From Octopus sinensis (Eukaryota), in NCBI RefSeq assembly GCF_006345805.1, contig NC_043017.1, positions 13,392,001-13,456,000 of the forward strand: a DNA stretch of 64,000 nucleotides. Reading direction: 5' to 3'. The notes beneath the pieces are model-generated. The model was not told the DNA's origin. It ran no database searches and saw nothing but the letters and a program-made list of their open reading frames with translations. Position 1 is the stretch's first letter, and each line of letters starts with the position of its first letter. Positions 24,463 through 36,482 of this stretch are shown here, piece by piece. Made by a program: the position numbers and the translations under genes.

Positions 24463-25010
24463 CACTGAACTGCAAAAGAAACGCGAGACATGTGTGACTG
24501 TGAAATATGTTTTAATTTCATTATGTCAGAGATAAATTTTGAGAAATATGATAAAGTCAATTTCTTGGATGCACTTTGATGGGTCATTGTTATGTGTCCT
24601 GGTAGTGGGCGTATCCAGCACATTGAGATTTTAGGGTGTGACGTTAAATACTGTGTATGCCCTACACTGTCAGTGCATGAGGCGGTTCACAAAAGCCATT
24701 GGTACCTGTGCCCACACCCTGAGTAAAGCTGCCTCCAGTTCCACACGAGTTGTCAGCCTTGGAACCACCTGGTTCAGTTGTTTCTGGATTTCATCCCAAA
24801 GGTGTTCAATTGGGTTCAAATCCAGGATGAGAGCCTGCCACGGTATGGTTCTGATTTTGTGCTGATGCAGGAAGTCCATGGAGACCCTGGCTGTGTGGGA
24901 GGGAGCATTGTCCTGCTGGAACCTGTGGCTATGGTGATGCACAAAGAGGGGCACAATGCTAGATTGTAGGATCTGGTGATTCCATTCCCCCTTGGCAATG
25001 CAGTTCAATG
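24463..25010 (-). mobile_element. Tc1-family transposon relic (C-terminal DD34E transposase plus one end)
   Basis: FQQDNAPSHTAR...DLNPIEHLWDEI with 34 residues between D and E; TA-CACTGAACTGCAAAAG terminus at 24461. Confidence 0.85.
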
Positions 25011-25924
25011 TGCAGTTATTTTTCATCTTTTAAAATAAAATAACCTGTGTGTGTGTGCATTCCCTCTTTTTACTGATTGAACTCCTTCTTAACCACACAG
25101 CTATGTCCTTAAGGAACTTTGAGGGATTCGGCAACTCTAACGCCTTTTATAATCACAACAATTATTTTTATATGTCAGATGTCTCCCTGTTTCTATTTTA
25201 TTCAACTCGCTCTGTTTTTGTTTTTTGTTTTTTTCCTTAACCTTATTTGTTTTCAGTTTTATGTTTTGGCCTACTTCTGTATTGTCTACAGCTAATTCTC
25301 ATATTACACTGTTTGTATACCACTCCTTCACACACAGAGAACCATACCAAAATGATTCCACCTTTGGCAGAGAACTTTTTATTTTCTGCTCAAATCCCAA
25401 ATGTCTTGTTAACTCATCTTCACAGAGTCTATCATATTACCCATCAACAGAATCTTGCCATACTTTACAAACATTCTACGCTCTTCTTTCTTTTCCAACT
25501 CACACTTTCTCTCTCTCGCTGTTACCCTCCCTCCTAACTCTACGTCAACAGTGACAACCTCTGTATTATTACACAACTTCATCACAGCTCTGTTATTCAT
25601 TGTCACATTGCAGTGACGTCATTATATTACAGCCATTGCATCAATACAACACAGCCGTAAATGAAAGAAAATTACAGCCAGGACACAACATCGTAGTTAC
25701 ATAAATAAGAAAACTAATTTACTGTCGCTTCACATTCATGTTAGAGCCACATAAAAACCATATTAGAACTACATTGCAGTACGTCATAGTCACATAAAAC
25801 CATATAACAATCATAATACAACACATCATAACCATTAAAAAAAAGACATATTACTATCACCCATAAAATTACAGACACCCATAAAATTATCAACCATCGT
25901 ACAAACAATAACTCTGAGCACCTT

Positions 25925-26285
25925 TTCAAACTTCACCCATCTAACACCCGTGGACATATTTACAAAGTAAGAAAACAGCACAGCTCCCATGACTTCAGGA
26001 AACATTTTTTCACGCTGAGAGTTGCTGAAGCATGGAACAAACTGCCGGCATCAGTTGTTAGTTGTCGGAGCACTGCATCCTTCAAAACTTCCATGCTTTC
26101 TGAGATTCGCCAACACTACACTTGATTTTCTCCCCTCCATACACACACAAGCATGTATCTGACTCATACATTGTTTGCTTTCCAGACATTTTTACATTAC
26201 TGCATATACTTTATATGCACTTTCTGACAAGTTGTGGTGCACCTGAGCACTATACAATAATTTCATTATTATTATTATTATTATA
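25925..26285 (+). mobile_element. CR1-clade LINE 3' end
   Basis: Translates to NTRGHIYKVRKQHSSHDFRKHFFTLRVAEAWNKLPASVV (CR1 RT C-terminus) then 3'UTR and (ATT)n tail. Confidence 0.8.
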
Positions 26286-26779
26286 ATTATTATATTGTAA
26301 CACATTACAGCCATATTGCAACTTCAGTCACATAAAAAAAACCCATAGTATAGTCATATTGCAAATTCACACCCACATAGAAAAAACATTCTCTAACATT
26401 ACCTACCAACCATCCAACCAACTCCTTCTTTGCTGAAACTTCTGCCTATCCGCTGATCATCCACTGTTTATTTTTTTTTCCTACCTCTCCGCTGATTATC
26501 CACTGTTGATTCTCCCTTCTACTAATCAACTTTGTATCTCAGGCTCACCTCACTCCCATGGTATTCCTCTGCTTTTCCTGTCTTTTGAACCCATTTTCTG
26601 CTGCTATTAACCTGTCTGTGTTTGTGTGTCTCAGTTTATTTCTATATATGGGGATCAAATTTTCTTTTAGGCATTTTGTTTTAAAGATGCAGCCCTGCTT
26701 TATTTTTAATGGGGTTTTTCTATTTTTATTTGGGTCTTTTACATATGTTCATATATCTCTCTTTACTCTCTTTTCTCTT

Positions 26780-27172
26780 TTACTTGTTTCTGTCATTTGA
26801 CTGTGACCATGCTGGAGCACCGCCTTTAGTCGAGCAAATCGACCCCGGGACTTATTCTTTGTAAGCCCAGTACTTATTCTATCTCTTTTGCCGAACCGCT
26901 AAGTGACGGGGATGTAAACACACCAGCATCGGTTGTCAAGCAATGCTAGGGGGACAAACACAGACACACAAACATATACACACACACATACATATATATA
27001 TACATATATACAACAGGCTTCTTTCAGTTTCCGTCTACCAAATCCACTCACAAGGCATTGGTCGGCCCGGGGCTATAGCAGAAGACACTTGCCCAAGATG
27101 CCACACAGTGGGACTGAACCCGGAACCATGTGGTTGGTTAGCAAGCTACTTACCACACAGCCACTCCTGCGC
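26780..27172 (-). mobile_element. SINE B
   Basis: Family B reverse complement. Confidence 0.85.
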
Positions 27173-27394
27173 CTATGTGTGTGTGACCCTTACATTTATT
27201 TGGAACAGCCACATAAAACCATATTACAGCCATATTATAACACATAACAGCCACATAAAAAACAGAGACATGTCATAACAACATAAAGAAAAGATCCATA
27301 TCACATTTATATGATAAATACATTAATGCCACCTAGATATCATTTTACAGTCATATTGCCTTACATAACAGCCATAAAAAATAAGACCCACATC

Positions 27395-28400
27395 CCAACC
27401 AGGGGTATGCAAGAATTTTACACTGTACCCAGTGTAAACTATGATTGCACAAAGCAAGAGGTTTAGTGGGATCACAGGAAGGCTTACGAAGAAACTAGAC
27501 ATTTCATGTGGCAGGTGCACAGGGGCAATAAGTACTAAGAACACATGTGAGGTAGACTCTCTCCAGTTCCCAGGAGGCTCTCTAGAAGTAGTTGAAAGCT
27601 TCTGTTGATAGCTTCACAGAGTCTATCATAATGAACCTTATTAGCTGTGGAGGTGGGGGTGTTTAGAAAGCATGGTTGACAGATTTAAGAACTAACTGGA
27701 AAAAGTTCAGAAAGTTATATTATCTCTACTGGCAAAATGCTTTTCCCTCAGAGTGAAGAACAGATTATATGTATAGTGTTAGTCTATGAAGTGTGATACT
27801 ATACTTTCTGAACATGCCGACCCTCACTTCTAATTAGGTCCGTTAGGTTAACAGAAGCTATCAACTACTTCTAGAGAGCCTCCTGGGAGCTGGAGAGAGT
27901 CTCCCTCACACGTGCTCTAAGTACTTATTGCTCCTGTGCACCTGCCACATACAAAGTCTAGAGTTTCTGTAAGCCTTCCTGTGATCCCACTAAGCCTTTT
28001 TTGCCATGTGCAACCATAGTTTACACTGGGTACAGTGTATAGGGTTCTTTCTTAATAGTAAGATGTGGACCTTGATTGCCAAGGATTTTTAAAGACCAGA
28101 AACGAAGCAAAAATACTTCCTTGGATGTTTAATTGTAATGTGTGTGAATAACAGAGCACAAATGAGCTGAGAGATAATTGAATGGAAGAAGAACCAGATG
28201 TAGGGTGTAAGAAAGAAGATTGTGTTGGCATACACAAGTGATGTGTATGGAGGAGGGCAGATGTATAAGGAAGTGTCATGTTCAAAGTGAATAGAATTAG
28301 TGGAAAAGAGACACCAAGGAAGACTTGGGCTGAAATAGTCAACATAGATCTGAAGTCGTAGCACCTTACTATGGAGATGACTAAGGACTATACTGATTAG
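27395..28400 (+). mobile_element. Degenerate RTE-clade LINE 3' region with internal inverted duplication
   Basis: Remnant peptides CTQCKL, SGITGRL, CGRCTGAI, SLEVVESFC, WKKFR, PRKTWAEIV. Confidence 0.7.
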
Positions 28401-28508
28401 CAGCATACTGCGGTGGTGGTGGTGGTGGTGGGGACCTGTCTACTTATCCAGGCATGGTAAAATAGATGTTAATGTTTGTCTATATGCCTGTGTATATATA
28501 GGGAGATT

Positions 28509-28894
28509 GTGGAGGCGCAATGGCCCAGTGGTTAGGGCAGCGGACTCGCGATCATAGGATCGCGGTTTCGATCCCCAGACCGGGCGTTGAGAGTGTTTAT
28601 TGAGCGAAAACACCTAAAAGCTCCACGGGGCTCCAGCAGGGGATGGTGGTGATCCCTGCTGTACTCTTTCACCACAACTTTCTCTCACTCTTACTTCCTG
28701 TTTCTGTTGTACCTGTATTTCAAAGGGCCAGCCTTGTCACTCTCTGTGTCACGCTGAATATCCCCGAGAACTACGTTAAGGGTACACGTGTCTGTGGAGT
28801 GCTCAGCCACTTACACGTTAATTTCACGAGCAGGCTGTTCCGTTGATTCGGATCAACTGGAACCCTCATCGTCGTAACCGACGGAGTGCTTCCA
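28509..28894 (+). mobile_element. SINE C (long-tail variant)
   Basis: A box tggcccagtgg, B box ggtttcgatccc; atagggaga on both flanks. Confidence 0.88.
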
Positions 28895-28917
28895 TAGGGA
28901 GAGTTCACAAAAAAAAC

Positions 28918-29060
28918 AATAGACAAAGACAGGTGGTGTAGAAAACAAACAGATGTATTAGTATAACACTCAGGAATAGAAAAAGTCTTTTACGTTTCGA
29001 GCCTACGCTCTTCTACAGAAAGGGACACGGAAAAAAACAAGGAGAGAAAAAAAACGTGTG
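28918..29060 (-). mobile_element. Second copy of the same Penelope-like fragment
   Basis: Minus strand ctgtagaagagcgtaggctcgaaacgtaaaaga plus shared downstream attcctgag...tactaataca. Confidence 0.6.
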
Positions 29061-29319
29061 TAGTGGCTAACTATTTATCATGTGTATATATATATGTATA
29101 GCTTGATATCTTTATGTATCTTTTATCGTGTTTCAGTCATTTGACTGTGGGCATACTGGGGACAAATTGACCCCGGTACATCCTTTTTTTTAAAGCCTGG
29201 TATTATTCTGTTGGTCTCTTCTACTGAACTACTAAGTTACAGGGGACATTAACAAACCACACTGGTTGTCAAGCAGTGGTGATGTAAGGACAAGCACAGA
29301 CACCCACAGATACTCTCTT

Positions 29320-29537
29320 ACTCTTTACTCTTTTATTTGTTTCAGTCATTTGACTGCGGCCATGCTGGAGCACCGCCTTTAATCGAGCAACTCAACCCCG
29401 GCACTTATTCTTTTGTAAGCCCAGTACTTATTCTATCGGTCTCTTTTGCCGAACTGCTAAGTAACGGGGACATAAACACACCAGCATCGGTTGTCAAGCG
29501 ATGCTAGGGGGACAAACACAGACACACAAACACACAG

Positions 29538-29599
<62 letters not shown>

Positions 29600-29762
29600 G
29601 ACGGGTTTCTTTCAGTTTCCGTCTACCAAATCCACTCACAAGGCTTTGGTCGGCCCGAGGCTATAGTAGAAGACACTTGCCCAAGGTGCCACGCAGTGGG
29701 ATTGAACCCAGAACCAGGTGGTTGGTAAACAAGCTACTTACCACACAGCCACTCCTGTGCCT
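29320..29762 (-). mobile_element. SINE B
   Basis: Family B reverse complement with long central (AT)n. Confidence 0.85.
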
Positions 29763-29764
29763 CC

Positions 29765-29823
<59 letters not shown>

Positions 29824-29834
29824 TACATACACCT

Positions 29835-30185
29835 GAGGGGTGTTCATTAAAGATTTCCCTGACCAACTTCTTGGTATTGCAGGAAACAGAACTTGTATTG
29901 GTATAATCATAAACGTCTCTACATTGCAAATTGCGGTATTCGTTTGTCTTTTACGGCTGCTGAAGTGGACTAAGGTGTTATAATGGAGGCAGTTGAATGC
30001 AGATCAGCGATCAGGTTCTTATACTTGAAAGGTTGTACAGCAAAAGAGACTTTCGTTGAGATAAAAGAAGTTTATGGTGACGATGCACCATCATACAACA
30101 TAGTCAAGTACTAGTGTCATCAGTTCAAATGTGGTTGGACATCAGTGGAAATTGCTCCTATTCCTGGATGACCACATTCTGCCAT
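29835..30185 (+). mobile_element. mariner relic: left end and N-terminal HTH with stops
   Basis: ATG at 29983: MEAVECRSAIRFLYLKGCTAKETFVEIKEVYGDDAPSYNIVKY*CHQFKCG; gaggggtgttcattaaag TIR-like start. Confidence 0.72.
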
Positions 30186-30332
30186 TCAGCAAAAAACATT
30201 GAAAGGGTAAGTACTAGGCTTGAAATATATGTCCTGGGGTTGATTTGTTTGACTAAAATCCTTCAAGGCAGTGCCCCAGCATGGCCACAGTTAAATGACT
30301 GAAACAAGTGAAAGATAAAAAGTAAAATACTC

Positions 30333-30556
30333 TCTCTCTTTACTCTTTTACTTGTTTCAGTCATTTTTGACTGCGGCCATGCTGGAGCACCGCCTTTAGT
30401 CGAGCAAATCGACCCCGGGACTTATTCTTTGTAAGCCCAGTACTTATTCTATCGGTCTCTTTTGCCGAACCGCTAAGTGACGGGGACGTAAACACACCAG
30501 CATCGGTTGTCAAGCAATGCTAAGGGGACAAACACAGACACACAAACACACATACA

Positions 30557-30592
<36 letters not shown>

Positions 30593-30749
30593 CGACAGGC
30601 TTCTTTCAGTTTCCGTCTACCAAATCCACTCACAAGGCATTGGTCGGCCCAGGGCTATAGCAGAAGACACTTGCCCAAGATGCCACGCAGTGGGACTGAA
30701 CCCGGAACCATGTGGTTGGTTAGCAAGCTACTTACCACACAGCCACTCC
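30333..30749 (-). mobile_element. SINE B
   Basis: Family B reverse complement. Confidence 0.85.
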
Positions 30750-31562
30750 AAAACCCTCCAAAACGACTCAAACAAAATATAACAAGGAACTGTTGCTATC
30801 TGCTCCAGTAAAGAGATATACTTATGGGAAGGAAAGGTATTTCATTATTTATAGTATCCTGTTTGAGCCATAAATCCAATTTAGTTAACGAGAAAATTAT
30901 TTCTAATGAATGTAAACATTCTTGATTTTCCAGAATGTTCTTTTATTCCATGTGTGTTTTATTATTATTAATGAGGTGGCAGAATTGTTAGTGTGGCATT
31001 TCTTCAGATATTTTACATTCTGAGTTCAAATCCTGCCATATCTTTTATTCTTTATCTTTATCAGTTATTAGACTGCTGCCATGCTGGAGCATTGCCTTAA
31101 AAAATTTAGTCAAATGAATATATCAACCCCAGGACTTATTGTTTTAAAGCCTGGTACTTATTCTGTTGGTTTCTTATTGCCAAAGTGCTAAGTTAACACC
31201 AGTACCAGTTGTCAAGTGGTGATGGGAGACAAACATCCCCCCCCCACACACACACACATACATGACTGGTTTCTTTCAGTTTCCATCTACCAAATCCACC
31301 CACAAGGCTATAATAGAAGACACTTGCCCAGGGTGTCACACAATGGAACTGAAATTTGAACCATGTGATTGGAAAGCAAGATTCTTACCACACAGCCACA
31401 CCAGTGCCTATAAGTTCTTATTTTTTGTTTCATGTATCTTTGGGAAGTGTGGTGATGTCTGTTAAATTGAATATAGTATATTACTGGTACATTATTGAAC
31501 CCCACTCCTCCAGAGGGGATGAATGGTAAAATAGCTTGAGTTCAGAATTTATAGGGTGGTAG

Positions 31563-31595
<33 letters not shown>

Positions 31596-31650
31596 CGGCG
31601 GCGGTGGTTGTACTGGTGGTGTTGATGGTGGTTATGGTATTGTTGCTTAA

Positions 31651-31875
31651 CTCTAAGTTAGCTCTGTATTTATTACTGTATTTATTTTGAGATGCTCTGT
31701 GTTTCTTTCAATTAATTTTAAATGTAACAAAGAACTTAGTAAAATAACTTAGTTATCATTAAGCTAGTGTTAGGAACATAAATTGTGACTAAGGTTTGGT
31801 GGAAGATTTTAATTCAAAACTTATGAAAACAAGACATTTGTACTCAGAGCCAGAGCCGGGTTGGTAATGAAAGGG
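31651..31875. mobile_element. piggyBac-type MITE P1, opposite orientation, left TIR decayed
   Basis: Body homologous to 2204-2719; aagggTTAA end. Confidence 0.7.
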
Positions 31876-32426
31876 TTAAGTGGGCCTATGATCAAAGGCA
31901 CTCCAGCCTTGACTATGCTAACTTTTATCACAGCCGTATTACAACTACATTTAGAATACATAGTGTATCTATGTTTACATTATTCAATGTGCTCTTTTTG
32001 AAACAACAGACTCCCAGCTGTGATTTAAGGATGATTTGGCTGCTGTTTCTAGCATGGATAGACATCAAGGAGAAGCTTCCTCATGGTTTTGTGCAAATAG
32101 ATGTACCTAACTATGGTGAAAATATTTTGTCTGGCACACAGCTGATTCTGCCTTTAGTGTGTATGTATCGACAGCAATAGTTAAAATTGGAATTATTCTC
32201 TTGATTTCAGTAGTCTAGAAACTCCAGGAATGTGGGCAGCCATCATAACCAAGCAAATAGGAAATGGTATGGAATCAGATATCAAAACGAAGGGAGGAAG
32301 AAAAAAGACGTATAAGATACAATAAAGAAAGATATCTAGAATATTCTCTGGAGGAAGTTAGAATGTAGGCAAGTAGAGCAGAAAAAGGGAAGCTGAAGTT
32401 CTTGAATTTTTTTCAATAATTTATCT

Positions 32427-33265
32427 GATGATGAGAGAGAATTCCTTGGTACCATGGTTACTTATTCTTTTACAGTTTTCTCTCACTGGTCTGTGGCCAT
32501 ACTGGGGCACCACTTTCAAGATGATGAGAGAGAATTCCTTGGTACCATGGTTACTTATTCTTTTACAGTTTTCTCTCACTGGTCTGTGGCCATACTGGGG
32601 CACCACTTTCAAGATGATAAGAGAGAATTCCTTGGTACCATGGTTACTTATTCTTTTACAGTTTTCTCTCACTGGTCTGTGGCCATACTGGGGCACCACT
32701 TTCAAGATGATGAGAGAGAGAATTCCTTGGTACCATGGTTACTTATTCTTTTACAGTTTTCTCTCACTGGTCTGTGGCCATACTGGGGCACCACTTTCTA
32801 GATGATGAGAGAGAATTCCTTGGTACCATGGTTACTTATTCTTTTACAGTTTTCTCTCACTGGTCTGTGGCCATACTGGGGCACCACTTTCAAGATGATG
32901 AGAGAGAATTCCTTGGTACCATGGTTACTTATTCTTTTACAGTTTTCTCTCACTGGTCTGTGGCCATACTGGGGCACCACTTTCAAGATGATGAGAGAGA
33001 ATTCCTTGGTACCATGGTTACTTATTCTTTTACAGTTTTCTCTCACTGGTCTGTGGCCATACTGGGGCACCACTTTCTAGATGATGAGAGAGAATTCCTT
33101 GGTACCATGGTTACTTATTCTTTTACAGTTTTCTCTCACTGGTCTGTGGCCATACTGGGGCACCACTTTCAAGATGATGAGAGAGAATTCCTTGGTACCA
33201 TGGTTACTTATTCTTTTACAGTTTTCTCTCACTGGTCTGTGGCCATACTGGGGCACCACTTTCAA
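32427..33265. repeat. Minisatellite, 93 bp x9
   Basis: Units at 32427, 32520, 32613, 32706 (+2 bp), 32801, 32894, 32987, 33080, 33173; nearly identical. Confidence 0.97.
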
Positions 33266-33494
33266 GAGTTTTAGTCAGTCATATCAACCTCAGGACTTAT
33301 CATTTACTCGTTTCAGTTATTGGGCTGTAACCATGCTGGGGCACACTGCCTTGAAGGGTTTAGTTGAACAAATCTACCCCAGTGCTTATTTTTATTCCTG
33401 CTACCTATTCTGACACTTTTGTTACGGGGATATAAACAAACCAATACTGGTTGTCAAAAGGTGGTTGGGGACATCACACACACACACACACACA

Positions 33495-34439
33495 TATTAG
33501 AAGGTTTGGAGGTGATGTACAGGTATTATATATTAGAAGAAATAAGGTACTCAGAAATCTGGATGTTACCATCAAGACCATAGCAGAGAGGGGCCACATT
33601 TCACCAATCAAGGCCATATTTTAGTACAATATGTTGCCCAGGTCAGGACAGGCTGAGGAGTTGGTGCCACACAGGGCAATATTCAGGTACGAGTGGAGGC
33701 ATCTACGTACTGCATCAATGTGACCCCGGGGCAGAGGAAGAGCACGCCTTCATGCAGGTCAGGGAAGAAGTTTGAGTAAAACCCCTAAATGCATGGTGTA
33801 CATCACGATGGGGAAAGGGAACAATAACCTCCATCAATTTAAAGAACAACCTCTCTGTTGATGGTATGCCATGCCACGCTTTGGATGTACGGAAGATTGT
33901 CCATGCCTCAGAGGATGGAACCAGCAGCAGTGGGCAAGAAGATGAAGACAACATCAGTAGACAAGATGAAGCCAGCAGCAACATGCCAGGAATTCAGGCC
34001 AGTCCTGGGGTCACACTGTGACCACAGAGGGAGCACCACCCTCCTTCCTGATTGGCTGATTATGAAACCAGTTAAGGTGTGAGTTCGGGAGCGAGGAGTG
34101 AGTGGGAAAGCCGGTTGAATGATCTGTAGATCAGGGGGGCATGTGGTGTTAGCGGTGTTATGGGCTGTGATGAGCTATGTGGTGTTGGTGGAGAGGATGA
34201 CAGATGAGGTGGGCGGAAGTAAAGCTTGCAGGGGCCGGCGGAAGAGTGAAAGGGGCATGCGTGGGCAGGAAGCACCCGTGGTCAGCAACCACGTGTGGTC
34301 AGTTCCAGCAAAGACGGCAGAGCGACAAGACATGTTGAATTCGTGAGAGTGACCTCTGATCTTCGCCGAGGTAAGGCCTTTTGTATTTCTTTCTCCCGTT
34401 GCTTCTTTTTCTGTTGTCCTTTTCCTCCATCACACTACA
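33495..34439. mobile_element. GC-richer unclassified element, possibly an old solo LTR
   Basis: Composition shift to about 50% GC; ends CTACA; left end and TSD not clean. Confidence 0.35.
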
Positions 34440-34519
34440 AACACGTAGGTAGATAATTAAATATTGTCAAATTTCTATGTTTATTCTTTTGTTCTCTACT
34501 GACGTCATCATAAGTTTAA

Positions 34520-34739
34520 CCCTTTAGTGTTCAGATTATTCTGTTAAATGTAATACTTTTTCACTCAAATTGTTTTGAATTAATCATACATTATCTTATA
34601 GCTTTGAGGTTTCAGTGATGTGAATGTTTATTTTTAGAATGTCACTGTAGGTTAGGTGTGAGAGGCTGGATATTGCCAGTTGAATATAAAACATGTATAA
34701 TATATTGGGCCGGATGTGGTCGGTTTAGACACTTAAGGG
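34520..34739. mobile_element. piggyBac-type MITE P2
   Basis: TTAA-ccctttagtgtt ... acacttaaggg-TTAA. Confidence 0.8.
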
Positions 34740-34934
34740 TTAAATACTAAACTGGCTTTTTTAAGAATATATTCCTTCTTAACATTCTTTTTGTATGTGT
34801 TCACATATTAAAAATATTATTTCACTTTGAATTTAGCCCATTTGAGTTATCTTGAAACATAAATTTTCAGATATATTGATTTGGCTGATATTTTGTCCCT
34901 TTTTTCTATATCAAAATATCATCAGCAATGTATA

Positions 34935-35315
34935 CTCTTTTACTTGTTTCAGTCATTTGACTGCGGCCATGCTGGAGCACCGCCTTTAGTCGAGCAAATC
35001 GACCCCGGGACTTATTCTTTTGTAAGCCCAGTACTTATTCTATCGGTCTCTTTTGCCGAACCGCTAAGTGACGGGGACGTAAACACACCAGCATCGGTTG
35101 TCAAGCAATGCAAGAGTGACAAACACAGACACACAAACATATACATATATACGACAGGCTTCTTTCAGTTTCCATCTACCAAATCCACTCACAAGGCTTT
35201 GGTCGGCCCAAGGCTACATCAGAAGACACTTGCCTAAGATGCCACGCAGTGGGACTGAACCTGGAACCATGTGGTTGGTTAGCAAGCTACTTACCACACA
35301 GCCACTCCTGTGCCT
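34935..35315 (-). mobile_element. SINE B
   Basis: Family B reverse complement. Confidence 0.85.
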
Positions 35316-35675
35316 GCGTATGATGTAATCATCAATTAAATATTGTGATTTTCTTCATTCTTGTTCATGTTATCAATTGCTCCAAGTTTCCTAAAATTCT
35401 TCTAAGTGATGTTTGGATCTACTTGTCATACATGAGGAATTATCTTGGATATCTATTCCATTTGAATTTGTTGGTACCTGATTGCTTGATATAGTTAAAC
35501 ACTGGTGCTTTCTAGATATTTGCCAGGATTTATCCATCCCTTTTACCTCTTATTACATGTATAATTGATATAGGATAAAATTTTTTTCGGGAAAAAATTT
35601 TTATCAATGGCCAGCATATCAAAAAAATGCCTTTAAAGGTATCTTATTACATGTATCTTATTATATGTATATATA

Positions 35676-35908
35676 TATTTCTTTACTACCCACAAGGGGC
35701 TAAACATAGAGGGGACAAACAAGGACAGACAAAAGGATTAAGTCGATTACATTGACCCCAGTGCGTAACTGGTACTTCATTTATCGACCCCGAAAGGTTG
35801 AAAGGCAAAGTCGACCTTGGCGGAATTTGAACTCAGAACGTAACGGCAGACGAAATACGGCTACGCATTTCGCCCGGCGTGCTAACGTTTCTGCCAGCTC
35901 ACTGCCTT
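35676..35908 (-). mobile_element. SINE A
   Basis: Reverse complement of the family A sequence. Confidence 0.85.
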
Positions 35909-36061
35909 ATATACATGTATATATATATATACAGCTCGCCACACATATATACATGTGTATATATGTATACACACACACACATATGATTGACTTTTTTCAG
36001 TTTCCGTCAGTCAAATCTATTCATAAGGCTTTGGTCATCCTAGGGCTATAACAGAAGACAC

Positions 36062-36336
36062 TGTGGGATGATGTCGGGAGCTGACCGGAACTTGGGGCTT
36101 ACCGGAAGAGGAAGGAGCAGGAGTGATGCGCATGCAGGTAGGGGAGCATTGGGCCTTTTCGATCAGAGTAGCCGAGAGAGTTGGATGTGTGAGTGCTTTG
36201 TCAAGGTAGGGGAAAAGCAGCTGCTATTTTTAGCGTTTGCGTCGGGCCAGGTGGAAGGGTGCATTACCATTGGAGAGGTCTGCGTCGACGAAGAGAAGGT
36301 AGGTGTCCTTATTTCAAATCTCCCGCATACACCACA
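36062..36336. mobile_element. Solo LTR (275 bp) inserted in a SINE B remnant
   Basis: TGTGG...CCACA termini, 5-bp TSD GACAC at 36057-36061 and 36337-36341. Confidence 0.8.
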
Positions 36337-36482
36337 GACACTTGCCCAAGGAGATATTGCAGTTGAACTGAACCCAAAACCATAGTTAGGGAGGAGACTG
36401 CTTACCACACAGCCATACCTGCACAAAAGCCACAACTGAGTTCCAAACACTTATCTTCTTGCTTCTATTCAGAGTTATTGGA

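Noticed and set aside
27419-28039. Tc1-like element with 190-bp TIRs
   Set aside because: The arms translate as RTE LINE sequence collinear with the flanks; better explained as an inverted duplication (kept as a finding).
32421-33413. Overlapping repeat-protein ORFs (up to 179 aa) and a possible CRISPR-like array
   Set aside because: Pure 93-bp tandem repeat with no unique spacers; frames are open because the unit is a multiple of 3; no cas genes; eukaryotic context.
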